From a bacterium (GTDB lineage: Bacteria; UBP15; UBA6099; JAJRTR01): a DNA stretch of 36,411 bases. The stretch covers positions 1 through 36,411 of the forward strand of contig JAJRTR010000194.1 in the NCBI GenBank assembly GCA_024278215.1, read 5' to 3'. The notes beneath the pieces were generated by a model. The model worked only from the letters and a program-made list of their open reading frames with translations, was not told where the DNA came from and did not search any database. The first letter of the stretch is position 1. The number at the start of each line of letters is the position of its first letter. The position numbers and the translations under genes were made by a program. This document shows positions 9,208 through 18,700 of this stretch, piece by piece.

Positions 9208-10461
9208 TCACTTCGCGACCGGATCGAGTGAATAAGCGGCGACTTTTTTCTTTTTGCCCTTTATGCGCACAAGGCCGACACGCCTGAACTTATATTTTCT
9301 GCGCCCGACTGCCCTGTATGTCGCCGCCGAAACAAGTATGCAGCCTGTGCCTGCCATGCTCTCGAGCCGCTGGGCGATATTGACCGCGTCTCCGATCAGC
9401 GACCTGTCGCCCCGCCTCGTGCCGCCCATGTTTCCATGCACTACCTCTCCCGTATTTATCCCTATGCGCACCCTCACCTTCCGCACGGGATCATTGAAAT
9501 CGGCCTTCTTCGCCTCGACATCTATTTCCTCCTGTATGGCTATCGCGGCATCGACGGCGTCGGTGGCGTCATCGAATACCGCCATGACCGCATCTCCGAT
9601 AAATTTGTCGATGTCGCCGCCATGATCGTATATTATCTCACTTATCAGGTCGAAATGACTGTTGAGCATCGCGATAACTTCGCCCGGTTTTATCCTTTCT
9701 GAAATCGCAGAGAAGCCTACTATATCTGTAAACATGATTGTTTTCTCCGCCGTATGCTCCTCCAGCACATCGGTTCGGTGCTTTGCCGCGTTGGAGGCTT
9801 CCGCCCATGTTTCGTTCGACACGAGTTTTCTCACAATGCCCTGCAATCTTATGTTTTCGTCGATCGCATCCTGCAACTCATAGCGCACTCTGCCTATCAG
9901 GGCACTCATATAACCGAAAAAAACTCCGCATGATATCATGATAATATTCCAGAGCAGCACGGAGTATTTCAGTTTCGTTTCGTCAAAAACTGTAAAATTC
10001 AGTTTCATGAAAAACTCACGCGGCTCCAGTATTCCGTGCATCTGCATCATGATCATGATGTCGAATGCAGCGCACGAAAGTATGCTCAGGGTGGTCGTCA
10101 CTGTTTTTGAATTCGATATGATTGCAACGATCAGGATCATCACGAGAAAAGCGAACATGAACGGACTTTTCTCGGCACCCGAGTAATACACGCCGATCAC
10201 TATTATGATGATGAATATCATTCCGTTCATCATGGCGAACGCCCTGACGGGGTAGTCTTTTTTTATAAAGTAGAAAGAAAGTATATTTACGACTATGAGC
10301 CCGACTGCCGTAAGTATCAGGCTGAAAAGGCTGAAAACGTGATAGTGGAAAACTGCAACACCCATGCCGACGAGCATCAGCAGACTTGTGCCGATACGCG
10401 CCTTCAGCATCGGCCTCAACAGGCGCATATATCTTATTTCGTCTTCACGCGCTTTGGGCAT
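9208..10461 (-). CDS. Membrane-bound class III adenylate/guanylate cyclase (about 6 TM helices plus cyclase domain)
   Basis: MFTDIVGFS, GGDIDKFIGDAVMAVF, RIGINTGEVVHGNMG, IGDAVNIAQRLES. Lys in DKFIGD suggests ATP specificity. N-terminal half is hydrophobic. ATG at 10461 chosen. Confidence 0.92.
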   Translation of the reverse strand: MPKAREDEIRYMRLLRPMLKARIGTSLLMLVGMGVAVFHYHVFSLFSLILTAVGLIVVNILSFYFIKKDYPVRAFAMMNGMIFIIIIVIGVYYSGAEKSPFMFAFLVMILIVAIISNSKTVTTTLSILSCAAFDIMIMMQMHGILEPREFFMKLNFTVFDETKLKYSVLLWNIIMISCGVFFGYMSALIGRVRYELQDAIDENIRLQGIVRKLVSNETWAEASNAAKHRTDVLEEHTAEKTIMFTDIVGFSAISERIKPGEVIAMLNSHFDLISEIIYDHGGDIDKFIGDAVMAVFDDATDAVDAAIAIQEEIDVEAKKADFNDPVRKVRVRIGINTGEVVHGNMGGTRRGDRSLIGDAVNIAQRLESMAGTGCILVSAATYRAVGRRKYKFRRVGLVRIKGKKKKVAAYSLDPVAK

Positions 10462-10632
10462 AATTTTTCCAGTTTTTTCCGCTCCGGCATTACTTGCAGA
10501 CGTGCAGATTGTACGTCCGGCCCCGCACAGAGTCAACGCGGTAGTATTGCTGTTTTATCCCGATCTGTCATATCATCATATATGCGTGACATATATTTTT
10601 CGATTTACCATAATATGAAGTAAGGTGAAATA

Positions 10633-11787
10633 ATGGATTTCAGATTGACAGAAGAGCAGCGGATGTGGCGCGGATCAGTGCGCCGGTTCGCCTGCGACAA
10701 ACTTTTCCAGGCTGCTTTCATACATGACGAAGCACAGACCTTCGCGGTGGAACTCCTGCCCGAGATGAAAGAACTCGGCTACTGGGGCGCTTTTGTACCG
10801 TTGGAATACGGCGGTGCGGGCGGCGACAATTTCTTATGGGTGCTGATGATGGAGGAGGTAGGCCGCGTGGACGGCGGCATGGGCATCGCGCTTTTGAGCC
10901 ACGCGAATTGTGTTCGTTCAATAATGATAATGGGCAGCGAGGAGCAGAAGCGGAAATATCTGCCCGGCCTGTCCGGGAAAGGCGGGGTCGCGGGGTTTGC
11001 ACTCACTGAGCCCGATGCAGGCTCCGATGCAGCGGCAATCGTCTCGACAGCCGTGAGACGCGGCGACAAATATATTCTTAACGGAAGCAAAGCTTTTGTT
11101 ACGAATGCGGGCATAGCCGATGTTTATATAGTGTTCGCGAAAACAGACGTCAAAACCGGAGCGGGCGGCATATCCGCTTTCATCGTAGACGCAGACGCGC
11201 CGGGTTTGAGCATCGGCTCGATGGAAAACAAACTCGGTGTGCGCACGTGCGCGACGGGCGAGGTTATTCTCGACGATTGCGAAGTCCCCGCGGAAGACCT
11301 TCTCGGTCGCGAAAACTACGGATGGAAAGACCTGATGGAAATGTTTGCTGTGCAGAGACTCGGAATCGCGGCGATAGCCGTCGGCACCGCCCAGGGGGCA
11401 CTGGACTGGGCGTTGAGCTACACGACGGAACGGCCTGCTTTCGGAAAGATGGTATCGGGCTTCCAGGGTGTGCAATGGATGCTGGCGGATATGAAGACCC
11501 AGATCGAGGCGGCGCGTATGCTGACATACCGGGGCGCGGACCTCGCCGACCGCCGCATGCCCCACAGGCAGGAGGCGGCGATGGCGAAAGTTTTCGCAAG
11601 CGAAATGTGTATGCGGGTGACGACTGATACCGTGCAGCTTTTCGGCGCGCACGGCTACTGCAAATCATTCCCGGTCGAGCGCTATTTCAGAGACGCAAAG
11701 ATGTATGCCGTCGGCGGCGGCACAACGCAGATACTTCGCACACTTATCGCGCGCGATATGATAAAGGAAGTGCAGGATAGAAAATAA
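10633..11787 (+). CDS. Acyl-CoA dehydrogenase family protein (atypical active site)
   Basis: FALTEPDAGSDA, LNGSKAFVTN, ERPAFGK..FQGVQWMLADM, QLFGAHGY, ERYFRDAK. AAGGTG RBS upstream. Confidence 0.93.
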   Translation: MDFRLTEEQRMWRGSVRRFACDKLFQAAFIHDEAQTFAVELLPEMKELGYWGAFVPLEYGGAGGDNFLWVLMMEEVGRVDGGMGIALLSHANCVRSIMIMGSEEQKRKYLPGLSGKGGVAGFALTEPDAGSDAAAIVSTAVRRGDKYILNGSKAFVTNAGIADVYIVFAKTDVKTGAGGISAFIVDADAPGLSIGSMENKLGVRTCATGEVILDDCEVPAEDLLGRENYGWKDLMEMFAVQRLGIAAIAVGTAQGALDWALSYTTERPAFGKMVSGFQGVQWMLADMKTQIEAARMLTYRGADLADRRMPHRQEAAMAKVFASEMCMRVTTDTVQLFGAHGYCKSFPVERYFRDAKMYAVGGGTTQILRTLIARDMIKEVQDRK

Positions 11788-11929
11788 AGCGGAAATCTGT
11801 TTACAGCAGCAATAGAACAGACTTTGCAAGCGGCTCGATATAATAAATTTCGTGATCGGTGTCAGTTGGCGTATACTACGCTCATAGTGATATATAGAAA
11901 AGTTTTGGTTACAATAAGGTATAATGTTA

Positions 11930-12108
11930 GATGCAATTGCAAAATTATGTTCGTAGCGAGGTCGAACGAAATTTTTCAGTAACAAGTCGGCGGTGCAAAA
12001 TCCCCGCAGGCGTACTCGCCAAGTACGTTGAGGAAGATTTTGTACCGACAAAGCAGCTATGGACAATTGCAGCCGACCGCAGCAGAATCGGAATTTTGCA
12101 ATTGGCTC
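11930..12108. repeat. MITE-like palindromic interspersed repeat, copy 2 (complete)
   Basis: Terminal inverted repeats GATGCAATTGCAAAATT...AATTTTGCAATTGGCTC, flanking GTTA direct repeats (11926-11929 and 12109-12112), nested internal stems, similarity to 1-168. Confidence 0.8.
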
Positions 12109-12150
12109 GTTAGAATTATAATATTGTGAAGCTCTTCGAGAGAGAGTGTG

Positions 12151-12876
12151 ATGTTTATGAAAAAAACAGCGGTATTTATAATGATGGTACTGGCTTTGTG
12201 CATCTTCCCCGGCACATCATTTGCGAAGCAGCAGGGAGACAGCCCGGAGATTGAAGCGTTGAGAAAGCATGTCGAGCAGATCGCTTTCAAGCTTCGCGAC
12301 CAGATGTCGAGACCCGACAAATTGAGAAATGTACATGTGCAGAAGGGACCCGACATAAACGCCTTCGCGGACAACAAAGGCGATATAACTATTTTTACGG
12401 GGATGATAGATTTTGTAAGGAACGAAGACGAACTGGCAACTGTTATCGGGCATGAACTTGCGCACTTGTCGGCGCAGCATATAAAACGAAGTATCGGCAC
12501 GAGCATACTGGCGACAGTTGCGCAGGAGGCGATCGGCGGCACACTTGGCAACCTGGCGGGCTCGGCGCTTTTTACCAAGCAAAGCCGCAAGCACGAAAGG
12601 GAGGCGGACCGGCTGGGTATGCTCTATATGTGGCGCGCCGGGTACGATCCCCGTTTGATCTGGAAGTTCTGGACCGACATGGACAAGCAGATGAAAGCCG
12701 GAAATTCAAAAATCGAGAAATTCCTCAGCACGCACCCTGTGCACAGCGAAAGGATAGAAAACTTCAAGGTCCTGCTTGTGCGCTACTGCAAAGAATTCCC
12801 CGAACTCAACTATTGTCCGGGAATCATGGGAAACGAAGACCTGATAAGAACATTTAATGAATTCGAGGCCAGGTAA
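12151..12876 (+). CDS. Peptidase M48 family (Ste24/BepA-YfgC-like) metalloprotease, exported
   Basis: Signal peptide MKKTAVFIMMVLALCIFPGTSFA, INAFA, HELAH zinc motif, EREADRLG, AGYDP, FLSTHP..ERI. Start at 12148, 12151 or 12157 is uncertain. Confidence 0.92.
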   Translation: MFMKKTAVFIMMVLALCIFPGTSFAKQQGDSPEIEALRKHVEQIAFKLRDQMSRPDKLRNVHVQKGPDINAFADNKGDITIFTGMIDFVRNEDELATVIGHELAHLSAQHIKRSIGTSILATVAQEAIGGTLGNLAGSALFTKQSRKHEREADRLGMLYMWRAGYDPRLIWKFWTDMDKQMKAGNSKIEKFLSTHPVHSERIENFKVLLVRYCKEFPELNYCPGIMGNEDLIRTFNEFEAR

Positions 12877-13939
12877 TCTTTTGAGAAAAATATTCCTTTT
12901 GTTTTTAGCTTTAGTTGCTTTTTCTTACACTGCAAGTTTTGTGTCGGCGGAAGAAAAACCGGCTGACGGGAAATACATGACCAAAGTCAGCGCTTTTCAG
13001 GAAGGCGACTTTGTGAAAGCGGAACCGTTCAAGCTTATCGGCGGTGGCGAATTCGATCTTGCAGATTACAAAGGTAAAAAAGTTGTTATTATCGCGTTCT
13101 GGCTTCCCAACTGCGAACTGTGCTTCGATCAACTGCGTGACCTGAAGAAATTCATTTCGGAAAACGACAGAAAAAAACACGTAGTTGTGTTAACAGTTAC
13201 CAAGGCCGCGACCAGAGAAGAAATCGCAATCGCAAAGTATTTCATAAAAAGGGAGAAAATCACTTTCCCGGTTGCTATGGACGATGACACGGTGATAGCG
13301 AGGAGTTTCGGGGCATCCCAGATTCCCTTTTATGTCGCGATCGACAAGAAAGGCAGACTGGTATCGCCAAAAGTGAGTTATCCCGAAAAGAAGATCAGGG
13401 ACCTGTCGTTTTTCGACTACGTGGATGTTCTGATTGCCGACCGGGAAATACCGAAAATCCAGTATTATCCATATAATTGCTCCGAAAAGATGAAAAAACT
13501 TATCGGCACCATACCGCCGCAGTTTTCCCTCGAGTCCGTGCGCGGCAGGACTTTCGATCTATCCGAATATAAAGATAAGATGAATGTCGTTCTTGTCTTC
13601 TGGCACCCGTACAGCCAGACGAGTCTGCGCGAGATGAAAAAGCTCATAAAGTATTACAGCCGCTACCGCCGCGATCACAACTTTGTCCTCCTCACGTTCG
13701 TTTCAATATACGGGCAGAGCCAGAAAGACACAACTGCACAATTCATCGCGCAAAATAATCTCTCTTTCCCTGTTCTCGATGATTCAGGAAGCGTTGTCGG
13801 CAAAAAATACGGCATCGAAAAGATACCGACAACTTTCTTCATTAACAAAAAAGGCAGGATCGTCGAGATCATCGAAAGCGAAACGCGAATTGTTGAAAAA
13901 AGATTCAACGCTGTTTTCGATTCTCTGATGAAGGATTGA
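12857..13939 (+). CDS. Exported protein with two tandem TlpA/AhpC-TSA-like thioredoxin-fold domains
   Basis: Signal peptide. Domain 1: DYKGKKVVIIAFWLPNCELC...IPFYVAIDKKG. Domain 2: EYKDKMNVVLVFWHPYSQTS...IPTTFFINKKG. Overlaps or abuts the M48 gene (alternative start TTG at ~12881). Confidence 0.85.
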   Translation: MNSRPGNLLRKIFLLFLALVAFSYTASFVSAEEKPADGKYMTKVSAFQEGDFVKAEPFKLIGGGEFDLADYKGKKVVIIAFWLPNCELCFDQLRDLKKFISENDRKKHVVVLTVTKAATREEIAIAKYFIKREKITFPVAMDDDTVIARSFGASQIPFYVAIDKKGRLVSPKVSYPEKKIRDLSFFDYVDVLIADREIPKIQYYPYNCSEKMKKLIGTIPPQFSLESVRGRTFDLSEYKDKMNVVLVFWHPYSQTSLREMKKLIKYYSRYRRDHNFVLLTFVSIYGQSQKDTTAQFIAQNNLSFPVLDDSGSVVGKKYGIEKIPTTFFINKKGRIVEIIESETRIVEKRFNAVFDSLMKD

Positions 13940-14060
13940 CCTCTCTTCGTTTCAAACCCCACCGTTCCGACCTGCAAATTGGCTTTGATTGTTTGTTGAC
14001 ATAAAACAAGATAGAATATCATATCCTTACAATTGACATAAACCGGAGCATGTGTTTCGT

Positions 14061-14858
14061 ATGTCGTTTATTCATGACATGACAGGGGAAGGCCGTTCGT
14101 TGCAAAAAAAAGGGCTGTATATGCTCGCGCGTTATCTCGAGCTGCCTTTCCTGTGGCTTTCCTATAGACTGCTAAGAGGTAAATGGAAGCGTTTCGGCGA
14201 CATCCCTGTAATAAGGTATATCTTCGCGCATCTTATTGTGAAACCGATAGCACGCCACGGCGACACGGGCAGCCCCATACCATACAAAGAAGTTCTCAAG
14301 CATATCGATCAACTCGAAGGCGCTATCGCTGTGGGCACTTGCAGATGCAGGATAACAAACGACGGCTGCGACCATCCGCTTGAAACAGACATCGTCGTGC
14401 GCGCAGGTGAGGAAGCCTTCCGCAGGGCGTTCCCCGATGTCTACAGACCGATCTCGAAGGAGGAAGCAAAGAAGATAATGAGCGACGGTCGTGCGGCGGG
14501 TCTGTTCCCGATGGTTTTCTATCACTGCCCTTCTACGGGAGTTGTCGAATACGCGATTTGCAATTGCTGCAAGTGCGGCTGTGCGATTACAATATTAAAC
14601 AACGAGCTGGGCGACGACGTTTTCCCGCTTAAGCGCGGCGAATGGATTTCAATCACGGACAGAAATAAGTGTACCGGACATGGCTCGTGTGTGGATATAT
14701 GCCCTTTCGGCGCGAGAGAAATTGTGGGAGGCAAGGCAGTAACCAGAGAGTGTCTCGGGTGCGGTCTCTGCGAGGACGCCTGCCCCGAAAACGCAATCGT
14801 CATGAAGAATATCGCCCACGGCCACGACAACGATAAAAATAATGAATATATAAAATAG
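14061..14858 (+). CDS. 4Fe-4S dicluster domain-containing protein
   Basis: CRCR..C, ICNCCKCGC, C-terminal ferredoxin motifs CTGHGSCVDICP and CLGCGLCEDACP. Start at GTG 14052 or ATG 14061. Confidence 0.85.
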   Translation: MSFIHDMTGEGRSLQKKGLYMLARYLELPFLWLSYRLLRGKWKRFGDIPVIRYIFAHLIVKPIARHGDTGSPIPYKEVLKHIDQLEGAIAVGTCRCRITNDGCDHPLETDIVVRAGEEAFRRAFPDVYRPISKEEAKKIMSDGRAAGLFPMVFYHCPSTGVVEYAICNCCKCGCAITILNNELGDDVFPLKRGEWISITDRNKCTGHGSCVDICPFGAREIVGGKAVTRECLGCGLCEDACPENAIVMKNIAHGHDNDKNNEYIK

Positions 14859-14876
14859 GATAGAGGCAGAAAAGAC

Positions 14877-15650
14877 ATGTCGAATATAACTGTAAAAGTC
14901 GGGCCCCTTCCCGCCGGAATAAAAATAAACCCTTCAGGTTCCGGCGACTATCCGAAGGGGAAAGAGTATAAAGGCATTTCATATTGCGACGCGTTGCGCC
15001 GCGCGACTACCGGCAAAGGCGGCGCGCTGGTTATCGGGCCGGACTCGGTGAGCACCTGCCTGTGGAACCCGCAGGTTTTCGGTTTTAAGCCACCCGACGA
15101 CAGGTTCGATCTGAAAGTCGAATACTCGCTGCCCGGAAACACGGAAAACATTCTCATTGCGCCGCTGGATTATTATGAATCCGGTTATCCGCCGGATGTT
15201 GTTGTGATCAGGACTGTACCGAGCGAGGTCAGGAAGATATACAACGCGCTCGGCGAATCGAGATTCAACGTCGATATGGCGGGGCGGCTCGACCGGTCCG
15301 CGATTGAGATTTTCAGCGGAGGCGGGCGCGGGAGAGACAAGAGAAGAGTCAAAATCGTCAGCAGGATTCTCGGTGATCTGAACCAGTTTCCGGAATGGCG
15401 GGATTTCACAAAGTTTATTTTCAAATATGAATGGACAACATATATTTTCGATCTTTTTCTCGATCGTTTCCTCGCCAATATGTCGCTGTGCCGCAATGCG
15501 ACGGTTATACCGCACCTGACGGGCAAAGCAAACATATCATTTTTCTGTACCGGCGCTATTGCGTGGGGACTCAATAATCCGAGGCATATCGCATGCGGCA
15601 TCCCCTACCCTCTTGCCGAGGGCATCCGCTTTATTTCCGAAAGCGCATGA
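14877..15650 (+). CDS. DUF169-like protein
   Basis: Pattern YCDALRRA..CLW, PDVVVI..P, SLCRNATVIP..GKANISFFCTG..GIP resembles DUF169 (recalled, not searched). Lies 18 bp after the Fe-S gene with a GAGG RBS. Confidence 0.7.
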   Translation: MSNITVKVGPLPAGIKINPSGSGDYPKGKEYKGISYCDALRRATTGKGGALVIGPDSVSTCLWNPQVFGFKPPDDRFDLKVEYSLPGNTENILIAPLDYYESGYPPDVVVIRTVPSEVRKIYNALGESRFNVDMAGRLDRSAIEIFSGGGRGRDKRRVKIVSRILGDLNQFPEWRDFTKFIFKYEWTTYIFDLFLDRFLANMSLCRNATVIPHLTGKANISFFCTGAIAWGLNNPRHIACGIPYPLAEGIRFISESA

Positions 15651-15662
15651 CGAAAGTATCAT

Positions 15663-15694
15663 AAAAAACCCGAACCTGAAATTTCAGGCCCGGG
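15663..15694 (-). terminator. Rho-independent terminator of the giant gene
   Basis: Minus strand CCCGGGCCTGA-AATT-TCAGGTTCGGG (11-bp stem with 2 G-U pairs) followed by TTTTTT, ~50 nt past the stop codon. Confidence 0.85.
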
Positions 15695-15741
15695 TTTATA
15701 TGCTTTATATATCGGCGGCGCGTCGCTATGCCGTCGTCGCT

Positions 15742-18700
15742 TTACTTCGTTATTGTCAATACGCAACCTGTGTCTGCGACGTCGATCCAGTACCCGTACC
15801 ATGGAATGATGTATGCGCTGTCGTTCGCTTCGAGTTTCCTGTAGCCGAGCGTGTCACTGTAGTAATAAATCGGCACAAGGGTTTTCGATTGTCCGGAACA
15901 ATCGAGACTCACTTTGCTGTCACCCCAGAATATGCTTTCATTGAACGGGTCCGATATTACATTCCAGCCCTGCTGTAGTGTGATCTGATATGAGTTCCCT
16001 GAATAATCCGTTCCGTGCGCGCTTACCGCACCTATATCCGATTCGGAATATATCCAGAGACCTTCGGCGAAGTCCATATCGACCTTCGTTTCGGAAGTCA
16101 GGAACTCGAAGGTGCCGCCGGTCTGTTTCACAATTTCATAAACGTTCACGCCGAAGACTGTCGCCGGGCTGATGTAGGCGTTCTGCTGAGAGACGCCGAC
16201 GAGCGACCAGCCTTTATTGATGATGAGACCCGAGGCAGTCGGAGTAACAGTCGTGCGCGCGCCGTCGCTGTCGGCTGTCGAATAAACGGAACCGTCATAC
16301 GCGAACGCCGCATAGTAATATGTGTAGCCGTTTGTCAGGCCCGTATCAAGGAACGACTCGCCGGCACCGTCGTATACTTCCGTGCCGTCGACAATGCTCG
16401 AGGGATAGCCGCCGAGTTTCCTGATGATCTTCGTGCTTGTCGCGGCTTCCGGGTCGGTCCACATGAGCTGGGCTTCCGTGTCGCCTGCGAGCGCCGTCAT
16501 AGCAGTGACTTCGTCGAGTGTGCCGAGTTGCACTGTGACGCCGTCGGAGTTCGCTGGAGTCGACTCCATACCCGCGCCGTTTTCAGCTTTCACCGTGAAG
16601 TAGTAAGTCGAGCCGACAGAGAGAGAAAGTCCGGACTTCGTTACAGTCGTGGCGGTTGCGTTATCGGTCCAGGAAACGATGTCCGTGCCGCCCGCTGTCG
16701 TACCGACAGCATAGGAATATTTGACGATGCCGCTTTCGGCGTCGGTCGAGGCGGTCCAGTTGGCGGAAAGTTGTGTCTGTGAAGTCGTCGTGTCGACATC
16801 AGCGCCTGTGCCGTCGTTGACGGAAGCGATTGTCGACGGTGCAGTCGCGTCGATGGTCTGGCCGTCGGATGTTGTGACGTTCGATTGGAGGCCCGCGCCG
16901 TTTTCGGCTTTCACGGAGAAGTAATATGCCTGTCCGCCGGTCAATGACAGTCCGGTTTTCGTGACGCTGGTGTTCGTGCTGTTGTCAGTCCAGCCGACGA
17001 TGTCCGCGCCGCCCGCCGTTGTGCCGATTGCGTACCAGTAGCGGGCGATACCGCTTTCGGTGTCGGTCGACGCGGTCCAGTTGGCGGTTAGTTGCGTGAG
17101 CGATGAAGAGTAATCAATATCCGCGCCCGCGCCATCGTTGACCGTAGCGATATCCGTCGGGTTCGTCGAGTCGCCTCCCGTGACCTGCTGGCCGTCGGAG
17201 TTCGCGGGAGTAGACATCAGGCCGACGCCGTTTTCGGCTTTCACAGAGAAGAAATATGTCGATCCTTCAGTAAGAGAAAGTCCGGTTTTCGTGACGCTGG
17301 TGTCTGTACCGTTATCGGTCCAGCCGACGATGTCGGTGCCGCCCGCCGTTGTGCCTACCGCGTACCAGTAACGGGTGATGCCGCTTTCGGCGTCGGTCGA
17401 GTCGGTCCAGTTGGCGGTGAGCTGGACGAGCGATTGCGTCGTGTCTATGTCCGCGCCCGCGCCGTCGTTGACCGTCGTTATCGCCGAAGGCGCACTCGTG
17501 TCGACCGTATAATCCACATCTTCATTCGTATCGGCAGTATCCGCGCTGCCGCCTGTGTCCGAACACGCAATGTAGACGACTTCACTTCCTTCGGCAAGTG
17601 AATCCGCCGAGCATGTATGGAATGTGACGCCTGTGCCGGAGCAGGTATTCTGGGCGGGCATGTCGCCGTAGGCCTGGTCGCTGAGAGACCACTTGCACGA
17701 CGAGTTTTCGTCGGTATCGAAAGTGATCTCGACGGAAGTGCTTGTAAGCCCCGAACCTTTCGCCGGGTCCCAGTTGCTCTGGACAGGCGGATCGACATCT
17801 ATAGTGTAAGACAGTTCGGTGTTGGTCGAGGCGGAATGCGTATTGCCGATAGTGTCGGTGCAAGCGATATAGACGACATCCGATGTGCCGGTGAGTCCCG
17901 ATACGGAACAGGTATGGCTTGTGCCGCCGCCGCCCGCGCACGCGCCCGCGATGTCCATATCGCCGTAAGCTTCGTCCGCGAGAGACCATCTGCATGTCGC
18001 GTTCTCGTCGGTGTTAAGAGTGATCGTCGGCGATGTTGTCGTAAGAGTTGTTCCGGCTGACGGCGACCAGTTGCTCTGGACCGGCGCGGATACGTCGACC
18101 AGTTGTCCGTCCGAGTTCGCCACATCCGCGACAAGTCCCGCGTTATTCTCGGCTTTAACCGAGAAGTAATACGTCTGTCCGTCGGTGAGTGTCAGTCCGG
18201 TTATTGTAACCGATGTCGTCGCGCTGTTGTCGGTCCAGTCGACTACATCCGTGCCGCCCGCGGTCGTGCCGACAGCATACCAGTATTTCGCGACGCCGCT
18301 CTCGGTGTCGGACGATGCAGTCCAGTTCGCGGACAACTGGGTCGAGTCGCCTGTCGTATCGACATCCGCGCCGGTGCCGTCATTTACCGATGTTATGGTG
18401 GCCGGAGCGGTTGTGTCGATTGTCTGGCCGTCAGAATTTGTCGCGCCCGATTGCAATCCGGCTCCGTTCTGTGCTTTGACGGTGAAGTAATAAGTGTCGC
18501 CGTTCGTAAGACCGAGCCCGGTGCGCGTGACGTAAGTGACGGCGCCGTTATCAGTCCAGTCGACTACATCCGTGCCGCCCGCTGTCGTGCCGACAGCGTA
18601 CCAGTATTTCGCGATGCCGCTCTCGGTGTCCGACGACGCCGTCCAGTTGGCTGAAAGCTGGGAGGTAGAACCTGCCCACGACGCGTCGACACCGGTTCCG

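Noticed and set aside
15742-16230. RTX/type I, autotransporter, sortase or type IX signals for the giant protein; diversity-generating retroelement target
   Set aside because: None of the characteristic motifs is visible, and there is no secretion machinery, reverse transcriptase or adenine-variant template/variable repeat pair in the window.
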